From Candidatus Woesearchaeota archaeon (GTDB taxonomy: Archaea; Nanobdellota; Nanobdellia; UBA10117; GCA-020343615), in NCBI GenBank assembly GCA_020343615.1, contig CP070803.1, positions 469,709 through 530,505 on the forward strand: DNA of 60,797 bases. Reading direction: 5' to 3'. Positions within the stretch are counted from its first letter, which is position 1. Each line of letters starts with the position of its first letter. The translations under genes were made by a program, and so were the position numbers. Below, piece by piece: positions 1-7,817 of this stretch. Under the pieces are notes generated by a model. It was not told the origin of the DNA. It was given only the letters and a program-made list of their open reading frames with translations, and ran no database searches.

Positions 1-177
1 AAAATTACTGAGACTCATCCTCTCTTTAGCGTTTTCTATAAGATAGTCGATTTTCTTGTCTAAGGCAGAAATTAGGTCCTTAATTTCCTTAATTTCGCCA
101 TCGTGCGTAGATATATCTTTTTTTACCTTAGAAAAACTTTCTCTTAAGGATTGTCTCAATTCTTCTAAATCTTCCAT
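1..177 (-). CDS. hypothetical coiled-coil protein, N-terminal fragment (ORF runs off the left edge)
   Basis: ATG (complement of 175-177) opens an unbroken 59-codon frame to base 1: MEDLEELRQSLRESFSKVKKDISTHDGEIKEIKDLISALDKKIDYLIENAKERMSLSNF. Absent from the ORF track because it is <60 aa. No family recognised. Confidence 0.4.
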   Translation of the reverse strand, partial: MEDLEELRQSLRESFSKVKKDISTHDGEIKEIKDLISALDKKIDYLIENAKERMSLSNF

Positions 178-204
178 ATTTTGTCTCAAATATTGTCTCA
201 AATA

Positions 205-218
205 AAAAGTTTATTATA
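205..218 (+). promoter_or_regulatory. candidate BRE/TATA element upstream of nreA
   Basis: AAAAGTTTATTATA is centred ~29 nt upstream of ATG 241. Similar AAAGTTT(T)TA elements sit at the same distance before other operon-first genes (7218, 30795, 31783). Confidence 0.4.
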
Positions 219-240
219 CTTAACTCAACACTTAACCAAC

Positions 241-1440
241 ATGAAAACTCCTAAATTATGTGTATATTGTAAAGGATCAAGACACTTATGTGGCCATGCC
301 CCTTGCCCTTTATTAGCAAGATATAGGATTATGCCGACGATAAACAAAGCAATAAAAAAAGAGTTTTTCGGCCCATCGCCATCTATTTTTATAGGATATT
401 CAGGTTATCCTAACGTAGCAATAGGACCTATGGCTAGCTTAGAGGAAAAGCCGCAAGTAGATGATCCTTCTCAGTGGTTTGGTCAGAATTATTCAGATAT
501 AATCAAAGCAAGGAGCTTAAATCTCAGGTCTAAACACAAAGAAAGCGTAAGATCGTACTCTAAATTAGTACAGATGGTCCAAGAAATAGCCTTGGCTACA
601 AAACCAACGGACGTAGAGCTACATTTTAAGAACAAACCCACGTATAAAGTGAGCTTTTCAAATATAACTCAGCCAGAAGGTCCAGTAGCTGATTTAAGGA
701 AGGCCTATTTAACAGGAAATGTCAGAGTGGCAAGACATGTTGACAGGATAGTGTCAGACGAGTTAAAAGCTGCACAATCTGCTAATTTATTGTACAATAG
801 AGGCGAAGATGTGTACAAAATCAACACAATTCTGAGTTCAGGAATCCTAGGTGTAAAAGACAAAAGAATGGTTCCTACGAGATGGTCTATTACAGCTACG
901 GATGATATAATTGCTAAAGAATTACTGAAAAAAGTAAGGGATTTTCCAAGTATAAATGAATATCTAGTATTTAAATCAAATTACCTGGACAATAAATTCA
1001 TTATTTTAATGATTCCTGGAAACTGGGAATATGAGAATTTTGAAGCGTGGCATCCTGGTTCAACATGGTATCAGGGTAAATATTCAGAGCCGATAATAAT
1101 AGAGGAATATGAGCCATTCAAGGGAAGAACAGCTTATGCTGATAAAGAAGCAGGCGGTTATTACGCAGCAAGATTAGCTACTATAGAAGCCTTGCATAAC
1201 ATGAAAAGACAAGCTAGAGTTGTTGTTTTCAGAGAAATCAGCTCAGGCTACACAATCCCGATGGGCGTATGGGTTGTAAGAGAAACAGCTAGAAATGCTT
1301 TCAAAACTGACCCTCAAAAATTCAATAATCTGGATTCAGCTTTAAAATACATTGGAACACAACTGAAGAATCCTCTAGATGCATATATAACCCAAAGTAA
1401 TATTCTAAAACAAAAAAGATTAAGTGATTTCTTTAACTAG
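241..1440 (+). CDS. nreA: archaeal DNA repair protein NreA (Nre_N/Nre_C family)
   Basis: The N-terminal Cys cluster CVYCKGSRHLCGHAPCPLL resembles archaeal Nre proteins. The C-terminus carries a canonical PCNA-interacting PIP box, QKRLSDFF. The track ORF starts at TTG 181; I prefer the first ATG (241, MKTPKL), which lies ~29 nt after the TATA-like element. Confidence 0.7.
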   Translation: MKTPKLCVYCKGSRHLCGHAPCPLLARYRIMPTINKAIKKEFFGPSPSIFIGYSGYPNVAIGPMASLEEKPQVDDPSQWFGQNYSDIIKARSLNLRSKHKESVRSYSKLVQMVQEIALATKPTDVELHFKNKPTYKVSFSNITQPEGPVADLRKAYLTGNVRVARHVDRIVSDELKAAQSANLLYNRGEDVYKINTILSSGILGVKDKRMVPTRWSITATDDIIAKELLKKVRDFPSINEYLVFKSNYLDNKFIILMIPGNWEYENFEAWHPGSTWYQGKYSEPIIIEEYEPFKGRTAYADKEAGGYYAARLATIEALHNMKRQARVVVFREISSGYTIPMGVWVVRETARNAFKTDPQKFNNLDSALKYIGTQLKNPLDAYITQSNILKQKRLSDFFN

Positions 1441-1822
1441 CTTTAGTTTTTAAATAATTAGAAAGATCTTTAGCGTTTTCTCGTAAAATTTTTAATGTTG
1501 GATACGTACCGTTATAATTTATAGGTTTTAATCTATAAGCAAACGTTTCTTTACCTAAAACTGGCTCATAAAAAAGAAGATATTCCTTTCTTAATTCCCA
1601 TTTAACGTTGGAATTCTTATTCCATTCAGAGATATATTTTATGAGTTGAGAGAGATCTTGAGCATCATGAACATCAACCCAAGGGTAAGGACGTCCATGA
1701 GATTTATGGCCCTCGCATGATAGAGTAGGTTCTAGACCTAATTTTAATATAGACCTTACTAGAGGTTTTATTTTATCATCTATACCTCTTCCTAAACCAT
1801 CTGTAACTTTGTTTAGATTCAT
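1433..1822 (-). CDS. hypothetical protein
   Basis: 129-aa ORF convergent with nreA (8-nt overlap of 3' ends), with normal amino-acid composition. No family recognised. Confidence 0.5.
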   Translation of the reverse strand: MNLNKVTDGLGRGIDDKIKPLVRSILKLGLEPTLSCEGHKSHGRPYPWVDVHDAQDLSQLIKYISEWNKNSNVKWELRKEYLLFYEPVLGKETFAYRLKPINYNGTYPTLKILRENAKDLSNYLKTKAS

Positions 1823-1858
1823 TTTTGAGTAATCTTAATTTAGATTGATATATAAATC

Positions 1859-3133
1859 TTATGAAGAAGGATTAGACATCCTTCCTATAAATAAAATATT
1901 TCCAGTTTCTCTGTCTTGTATTATGAATATAAACGGATGATCTGCTCTGAAAACTTTTTGTTCTATAGGGAGAGAAGTAAGTGCCATTCCCACGCCAGTT
2001 GCTGCAGCAGCTTCTGTGCCTTCTTCATTAACTTCAACAAATGCCTGGTGTATTACAAAATCAATGAATAACATTCTTGTTCCATCCATTCCAGAGAAGT
2101 CTGCATTTTCTGAAAAAGCAACAGTCATCCCCATTTTCTTAAGATCGTTTGACATAAAATACTTAGTTTCAAAGGTAAATTTAGGAATGTAGATATCTAC
2201 TCTTTGATTCTCCAACATGTTTTTCCATTTATTTAGGTTTTCAACAGTAAACTCGTTCTCTATTGAAGCTAAATCATCTTTCGGAAGAAGGATTAACATG
2301 GATAAGTCATTACCATCGTAAGGAAGCTCAAGAACCTGTAATTTATCTGTTTCAGCGTAACTGAATTTAGCTTCTTCTCCAGTCAAACGCATCATTTCAG
2401 CTTTTACACTACCTTCACTTGTTGTAAAGTCCTCTTCTCTAGTGTTTTTCTCATCGAATTGTTTAACCCAAGTTCCCTTGAAGTAAATAGCATTAGTAAG
2501 AACTAAACGAGTCATATCATGAAGAAAACCTTTAGGAATCAGATTCTTTATTTTATCATTTGTTTGCTCTTCTACCCATTTATTTATCGTCTGCCTTGAA
2601 TTTTCAGTGTCTTCTACGAAGTCAAGGTTAGTGACTTTTCCCCCATAATATGTCTCCATAGTTTTTAGGTAACTTTCTAAAAAAGTATAATCCTTTTGAG
2701 CCCATAAAGCATTGGCAGTGCTTAAGGCATAACTTTTATTCTCTTTGTTTATTTCATTGTAGATTCTTGCAAAAGAAGGCCTTCTAGCGTCATTATCTTC
2801 TGGGAAATGAAAAACATCTACAATTTCTTCTGCAGTTTGACCTTTGGCTCCTTCATAAACCATTGCTAAAGCTGTTGAAATGCTGTATGGAGAAAAGAAT
2901 ATGTTTCCTCCATCGTCTTTGATTTCAGAATAATACTCTAATGCGAATAAATTATTAGCTTCTACAATACTTTCTACGCTTCCGACAGTTGCTCCAATAT
3001 CACTAAGCCTGCTTGTTCCAGTTCCAGAACCTATATCTCCTGTGCCTACTTCAAAATTTGTAAGATATAGAACACAGCTTAGAACAATAGCGAATATTAC
3101 TATACCTATAAGGATTATATTTTTATCTTCCAT
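1859..3133 (-). CDS. serpin (serine protease inhibitor) with N-terminal membrane anchor/signal
   Basis: Serpin motifs: FFSPYSISTALAMVYEGAKGQTAEEI, reactive-centre hinge EEGTEAAAATGVGMALTS, and C-terminal FRADHPFIFIIQDRETGNILFIGRMSNP. The hydrophobic N-terminus is NIILIGIVIFAIVLSCVLYL. Start trimmed to ATG 3133 (MEDKNI). Confidence 0.9.
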   Translation of the reverse strand: MEDKNIILIGIVIFAIVLSCVLYLTNFEVGTGDIGSGTGTSRLSDIGATVGSVESIVEANNLFALEYYSEIKDDGGNIFFSPYSISTALAMVYEGAKGQTAEEIVDVFHFPEDNDARRPSFARIYNEINKENKSYALSTANALWAQKDYTFLESYLKTMETYYGGKVTNLDFVEDTENSRQTINKWVEEQTNDKIKNLIPKGFLHDMTRLVLTNAIYFKGTWVKQFDEKNTREEDFTTSEGSVKAEMMRLTGEEAKFSYAETDKLQVLELPYDGNDLSMLILLPKDDLASIENEFTVENLNKWKNMLENQRVDIYIPKFTFETKYFMSNDLKKMGMTVAFSENADFSGMDGTRMLFIDFVIHQAFVEVNEEGTEAAAATGVGMALTSLPIEQKVFRADHPFIFIIQDRETGNILFIGRMSNPSS

Positions 3134-3177
3134 TCTAATTGTTAACAAAAAAGTCCAAATATATAAAATTAATTGAA

Positions 3178-4377
3178 TCAAAAAATATCTTCTAGTTGGT
3201 CCACAACATCTAGAATAACTTTAAATTCTTCAGAAATGCCTTTTCTGAGGACTCTTTTATCAGGATACCTACCATCAATCATCTGATCCTTAACTTCAGC
3301 ACACCATTGTTTTAACGAAGGCTTTGTTTTTTCTATCCCCTTTAGAAAATCTGAGTAATTTATTTTACTATTTTCACTATTATTTCTCTTTCTTTCATAA
3401 GCAAGCAATCCAGCATCCTTGCATATTTTTTCAAGGTCAGCACCAGAGTAACCCTTAGTTAAGCCAGCAAGTTTATTGAAATCAATCTCATTGTCTATTT
3501 CCCTACCTTTAGTGTGTATTTCAAGAATCTTAGCCCTTGCTTCCAAATCAGGAGGAGGAACAAATATCAACTCCTCAAATCTCCCAGGTCTGACAAATGC
3601 AGAATCAATATTCCAAGGATGATTTGTTGCTCCTATGACTAATATTGTTTTATCAGTAATATCGTCAAAATCAGACTTAAATTCATTAGCTAGGTCTTTT
3701 CTATGACCAGATAGGTCCTTTCCTCTAGTACCTGCTAATGAATCAACTTCGTCGAAAAATATTATTGCTGGTTGGTTTTTAGCAGCATTTTCAAACAAAT
3801 TCCGCATATTTTGTTCTGAATTACCAACATACATGTTTTTTATGTCACTTTGATCTACTTTGTAGAATTTTACAGAGCTTCCTGATTTGTTAGCTTCTCC
3901 AGCTGCAGCTTTAGCAAGAAGAGTTTTTCCACATCCTGGAGGACCATACATTATGACTCCTCTACATCCACCGCCAACATATTTACGATAATCTTCAGGA
4001 TCAGTTACAGGCCAGATTATTTTCTTCTCAATATCTTTCTTTATGCTTTGCATGCCAGCAACATCTTCAAAAGTCTTAGAAGGAATATCAAAAGCTGTTA
4101 TATCTTTAATCTCCTTTTTACTGTTACTCTTACCTTTGCTTACCGTAGCTTCTTTTTTTGCAGGATTATAATATCTAGCCAGGTCTATATTATTTCTAAT
4201 AAAGTCCTCTAAGTATTCTTTTTCTTCGTTGTCGTGTGTTTTCTTATAAGCCTCTAAGGCAGATTCAGCAGCCTTGAAATATAGAGCACTAGCAACCTTT
4301 AGTTTGTTTTCCCGTACTGCTTTATTAGCTAATTTGACATAGCTTTGAGGCAAGCTTAGAAGTATAAAAGAGTCCAT
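3178..4377 (-). CDS. single-module AAA+ ATPase with MIT-like N-terminal domain (Vps4/CdvC-like architecture)
   Basis: Walker A GPPGCGKT, Walker B IIFFDEVDS, second region of homology ATNHPWNIDSAFVRPGRF. The helical N-terminal ~75 aa (LANKAVRENKLKVASALYFKAAESALEAYKK...IDLARYY) resembles an MIT three-helix bundle. Its ATG lies 1 nt after the stop of the upstream gene. Confidence 0.8.
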   Translation of the reverse strand: MDSFILLSLPQSYVKLANKAVRENKLKVASALYFKAAESALEAYKKTHDNEEKEYLEDFIRNNIDLARYYNPAKKEATVSKGKSNSKKEIKDITAFDIPSKTFEDVAGMQSIKKDIEKKIIWPVTDPEDYRKYVGGGCRGVIMYGPPGCGKTLLAKAAAGEANKSGSSVKFYKVDQSDIKNMYVGNSEQNMRNLFENAAKNQPAIIFFDEVDSLAGTRGKDLSGHRKDLANEFKSDFDDITDKTILVIGATNHPWNIDSAFVRPGRFEELIFVPPPDLEARAKILEIHTKGREIDNEIDFNKLAGLTKGYSGADLEKICKDAGLLAYERKRNNSENSKINYSDFLKGIEKTKPSLKQWCAEVKDQMIDGRYPDKRVLRKGISEEFKVILDVVDQLEDIF

Positions 4378-4378
4378 T

Positions 4379-4969
4379 TTAAGTTATAACTACTTTCTCC
4401 TCATCGATTTTTTTCTCCAAGCCAGCAGCAGTTTGTTGAGAACTCTGAATTTTAGCACTCACTTTTTTCATGTATTCTTCAGCCTTCTTTTCTATTTCAG
4501 GTCCTGGAACGTAATAACTCTCTTTCATCTCACCTCTTACACTGGACTCTCTTTCCTGAAGTCTATTTAATCTACCTAAAGTTTCTTCTAAGGCGTTTCT
4601 TTCCTCACTTTCTAGAGGGCCAGTCTTCTCTTTTTTATTTATTATATCTGTTGTGACTCTGTTTATTTTCCTGTAATCTCTCTTTCTATGAGGGTCAAAA
4701 TCTCTTCCTGATATTCTTATGTTAATAGCTAAGTCATCTAATACAGATGCTTCTTCCTTCAAGTATTCTAATCTATCTTCTGCTCTTGCAGCGAGTGTTG
4801 CGTATTTTTTAGCTAAATCATTCCTACCCATTAATTGATATTCTTCTATTAATTGTTCATTTCTGAGAACTATTTTTTTGACTTCTTGAATTTCCTGTAT
4901 TACTTTTCCTTTGTTATCAAAGACTGCAGCTAAAGCCTGCTGCGTTTTTTTAGACATGGAATTATACAT
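4379..4969 (-). CDS. coiled-coil protein, candidate ESCRT-III/PspA-superfamily member (weak)
   Basis: 196 aa, predicted all-helical and rich in E/K/R/L heptads. The segment MGRNDLAKKYATLAARAEDRLEYLKEE recalls the hairpin helix of PspA/ESCRT-III. It sits directly upstream of the MIT-AAA ATPase and overlaps the upstream gene by 8 nt. The family assignment is inference only. Confidence 0.5.
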   Translation of the reverse strand: MYNSMSKKTQQALAAVFDNKGKVIQEIQEVKKIVLRNEQLIEEYQLMGRNDLAKKYATLAARAEDRLEYLKEEASVLDDLAINIRISGRDFDPHRKRDYRKINRVTTDIINKKEKTGPLESEERNALEETLGRLNRLQERESSVRGEMKESYYVPGPEIEKKAEEYMKKVSAKIQSSQQTAAGLEKKIDEEKVVIT

Positions 4970-5948
4970 TTTTTACACCTCCTATTTGAGAATAATACAG
5001 AATCTCCTCTACTGAAAGTGGAGATTTTTTAGGATCGAAATATCTAGAATAAATATCAGATTTAGGGTGAGGAGAAGTATATAATTTCTCCTCACACATG
5101 CTGTACGAAAAAAGAAGTTTATCTGGTCTGTTAAATTTTTTTACAAAATCCTTAAAAGGGGTGCTTATTTCGCCAGCAACATAACAAATTACGTTAGGTT
5201 TTCTTTTTACTTTTGTATGCTCTAAATCCAGAATATTCCCCTTATAAGAACATTCAAGATTTATCTTACCTCGTTTGTATCTAATTCCATCTTGGTAACT
5301 TCTGATTTTGTAATTTTTATTGATAATATCGCCATTGAGGTCATAACTTGGAGGTGTTTGAATCAGATCATTTAGAACTGAGTTGAAATAATTGATTTTT
5401 TCATATTCGTCTGATTTTTTCAATTCGTTCTTCCTACAATTCCTACTTGTAACAGTTCCCTTATGCTTTTTTTCAAAATTCTTAAATAATTCGGTAGATT
5501 CTTTATACAAATCAGTATACAAACAATTGATATATTGCTCTAATGCGTTTATTTCTTGCTGCTCCACCTTAGACTCGCTAAGATCCTGAAGCGAGCTTTC
5601 TACTACACTGAAATTGTTTTCCAATCTTAAAAAAGCCTTAAAGGAAGCTTTAGATACCTTTATTTTCTCTATTGTATTCTTATTCGTAATATCAACGTCC
5701 GATTGCGATATTTTATGCAATCCATATTCACAATCTTTGATTTTGTCCCATTTTTCATTAGATGAAGTCCCAGTTCGTATATCGGATAGTATACCAATAG
5801 AATTTTTTATTCTAACTTCTAAATTCTCCTTACTAATACTCTGTTTTCTTAGATAATGCCTGTATGAAACATAATTTTTAAGGCGTAGTAGTGCACTTAG
5901 AGAGACAAATTCAATAGGCTGCATAAATATATCTATCTTAGACATCAT
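4962..5948 (-). CDS. hypothetical protein (operon partner of the MIT-AAA ATPase)
   Basis: ~328-aa ORF. ATG 5948 overlaps the stop (5938-5940) of the upstream gene. No family recognised. Confidence 0.55.
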   Translation of the reverse strand: MMSKIDIFMQPIEFVSLSALLRLKNYVSYRHYLRKQSISKENLEVRIKNSIGILSDIRTGTSSNEKWDKIKDCEYGLHKISQSDVDITNKNTIEKIKVSKASFKAFLRLENNFSVVESSLQDLSESKVEQQEINALEQYINCLYTDLYKESTELFKNFEKKHKGTVTSRNCRKNELKKSDEYEKINYFNSVLNDLIQTPPSYDLNGDIINKNYKIRSYQDGIRYKRGKINLECSYKGNILDLEHTKVKRKPNVICYVAGEISTPFKDFVKKFNRPDKLLFSYSMCEEKLYTSPHPKSDIYSRYFDPKKSPLSVEEILYYSQIGGVKNV

Positions 5949-6717
5949 AATCAACCAATAATTTTAAGCCATTACTTTTGGCTTCGTTTATAATCTTATC
6001 ACCTTCTTTATTCATAAGATACTTAGAAGGTTTCATACCAGGATTTAATGAAGAAAATCTAGCAACAGCTCTTATCATTCTACCAAGAGTTTTTGCTCTT
6101 AATCTACTGTTGTAATTAGTATAAGCTAAAATGTCCTCTTCTAGTTTTTTTGCGTCTTTTTCTAAGTTTTTCAAGAAGTCGTTTATACTCATATTTCCAG
6201 CTTCCTTGTTTAATTTAGCCAAAAAATCTTCTAAACAATCTCCCACCCATGAAAATTCTGAAAAAATTTCCCATTTACTTGTAATTTTATAAGGACTTAT
6301 TCCTTTTTTTAATAAAGTGATTTTAGATCTTTTTTCAATTTCAGCTTCCAAGCACCTCTTTGTATCATCATTTCCTAAGCTTTTACTATTATATTCAGAA
6401 ATTACTCCAGATAAATCATAGCTGATCTCTCTGCTTAATTTTTCTCCAAGTTCCTCAACACTCTCTTCACACTCATTTAAAGATTTGAGATAATCCGGAA
6501 GATTCAAGTTATATTTTAAAATACAACTCCCTATCACTCTTTGACCATCTCTAGTTTTTCCAATTATGTTTAAGTTTAAATCGTAAGAATTAACGTGAAA
6601 TTTAGCTTTTTTTGGTCCTTGATATTTTTTTATCACTCTACCTTTTTTATAAATTCCATATATTGTTCCAGTAGCTACCCCTTTTTTCGAAATTATTTTA
6701 CTAATTAATCTACTCAA
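5938..6717 (-). CDS. hypothetical protein, first gene of the MIT-AAA ATPase operon
   Basis: 259-aa ORF with a TTG start at 6717, preceded by the strong Shine-Dalgarno GGGGGTGA (complement of 6723-6730) at 5-nt spacing. A beta-rich N-terminal ~80 aa is followed by a helical region. No family recognised. Confidence 0.55.
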   Translation of the reverse strand: MSRLISKIISKKGVATGTIYGIYKKGRVIKKYQGPKKAKFHVNSYDLNLNIIGKTRDGQRVIGSCILKYNLNLPDYLKSLNECEESVEELGEKLSREISYDLSGVISEYNSKSLGNDDTKRCLEAEIEKRSKITLLKKGISPYKITSKWEIFSEFSWVGDCLEDFLAKLNKEAGNMSINDFLKNLEKDAKKLEEDILAYTNYNSRLRAKTLGRMIRAVARFSSLNPGMKPSKYLMNKEGDKIINEAKSNGLKLLVDYDV

Positions 6718-6887
6718 TTAGTTCACCCCCTAGAATATAGAATATATACTTGTATTTTAATGAACGTAAATTAATAGCGCTGTATAACGATTATTCTCGC
6801 TGAAAGGTCCCTCATTAATAAAAATATAGGACTACTTTTAAATAATATTTTAAAGTTTTCTTTGTTTAGTGAAAATTGAGGAATAAT

Positions 6888-7202
6888 ATGCCATTTGGCG
6901 CAGGTGGAGGATCAAATAGTAGAAAAGAATCTGATAGCCTTGAGACTTTTGACTGTAGATTTTATAATATCCATAATCAGTGTCCAGGAATTAAATTAAT
7001 TAAGTCATTAGGTATGGATTTAGAATCAGTTAAAAATAAATATTGTTCACAAAATCATGTAAAAGCATGTCCAGTTTATAAAGTATTAGAAGATCACAGA
7101 ACACTAAGCAACTTAGAAGGGGAGATACTAGCAAGCCTTTCAAAGTTGAGACCTAAAAAAGTTAAGGTAAATAATACACACAAATACTATTCAGAACTCT
7201 AA
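6888..7202 (+). CDS. small Cys-containing hypothetical protein
   Basis: ATG 6888 is preceded by GAGGAA. 104 aa with four Cys (CRFYNIHNQCPG...KYCSQNHVKACP). Divergent from the 6717 operon. Confidence 0.45.
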   Translation: MPFGAGGGSNSRKESDSLETFDCRFYNIHNQCPGIKLIKSLGMDLESVKNKYCSQNHVKACPVYKVLEDHRTLSNLEGEILASLSKLRPKKVKVNNTHKYYSEL

Positions 7203-7217
7203 TTCTAATAAACCTCA

Positions 7218-7230
7218 AAGTTTTTAAAGT
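7218..7230 (+). promoter_or_regulatory. candidate BRE/TATA element for rps6e operon
   Basis: AAAGTTTTTAAAG is centred ~29 nt upstream of ATG 7254. It is near-identical to the element at 30795 (AAAGTTTTTAAAC). Confidence 0.45.
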
Positions 7231-7253
7231 CAAATTCTCAATACCGTAGTAAA

Positions 7254-7817
7254 ATGGTAGAAGTTAGATTAGAGATTGGAGACCCGAAATCAAAGAAAAC
7301 ATATTCAAAAAAACTTTCAGAGGAAGAAGCCGGCAAGTTCGTAGGCTTAAGGTTAGGCGATAATTTCAGAGGAGAAGTAATAGGTTTAACAGGTTATGAG
7401 TTCTTAATCACAGGAGGTTCTGACTTAGCAGGCTTCCCAATGAAATCCAGCATACCTGGAAGAATAAGAAAAAGATTCTTAGTTACAGGAGGCATTGGAT
7501 TCAGACCTGAAAGAAAAGGTGAAAGAAGAAGAAAAACCCTAAGAGGTAACGAAATAGGTCCTGATATTGCTCAAATAAATTGTAAAATTGTTAAAGTAGG
7601 CAGTAAGCCTATAGAAAAAGCCTTGGGTGCAGAAACAGAAGAAAAACCAGCTGAACAATCAAAGGAAGAGAAGAAAGAGGAGCCTAAAGCTGAAGAAAAG
7701 CCTAAGGAAGAAGCTCCAAAGGAAGAAAAACCTAAGGAAGAAGAAAAGGCTCCTGAAGCTGAAAAGAAAGAAGAGCCTAAGGAAGAAGCTCCTAAAGCAG
7801 AAGAAAAGAATGATTAG
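7254..7817 (+). CDS. rps6e: 30S ribosomal protein S6e with K/E/P-rich C-terminal extension
   Basis: S6e-like core: GDNFRGEVIGLTGYEFLITGGSDLAGFPMKSSIPGRIRKRFLV...GERRRKTLRGNEIGPDIAQIN. A ~60-aa tail of EEKPKEEAPKEEKPKEE-type repeats follows. Confidence 0.9.
   Translation: MVEVRLEIGDPKSKKTYSKKLSEEEAGKFVGLRLGDNFRGEVIGLTGYEFLITGGSDLAGFPMKSSIPGRIRKRFLVTGGIGFRPERKGERRRKTLRGNEIGPDIAQINCKIVKVGSKPIEKALGAETEEKPAEQSKEEKKEEPKAEEKPKEEAPKEEKPKEEEKAPEAEKKEEPKEEAPKAEEKND
7640..7811 (+). repeat. imperfect tandem coding repeat (CCTAAGGAAGAAG units) encoding the S6e K/E/P tail
   Basis: CCTAAGGAAGAAG occurs at 7701, 7731 and 7776, with degenerate copies in between. The alternative frame gives the spurious K/R-rich N-terminus of track ORF 7627. 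Confidence 0.7.

Noticed and set aside
3134-3181. 16-codon extension of the serpin ORF overlapping the ATPase gene end
   Set aside because: The extension begins at a non-ATG codon and adds MIQLILYIWTFLLTIR. ATG 3133, followed by a charged n-region and TM segment, is a more typical signal or anchor. The longer form cannot be strictly excluded.
5392-5856. Plus-strand ORFs 5392-5589 and 5614-5856 inside the 4962-5948 gene
   Set aside because: They are antisense to a longer, operon-embedded ORF. The S/F/L-rich composition is what antisense translation of K/E/N-rich AT-rich genes produces.
7627-7809. K/R-rich 61-codon N-terminal extension of track ORF 7627-8256 (MQKQKKNQLNNQRKRRKR...)
   Set aside because: It is the alternative reading frame of the repetitive K/E/P tail of rps6e and purely low-complexity. 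The ORF is better started at ATG 7810, which overlaps the rps6e stop.
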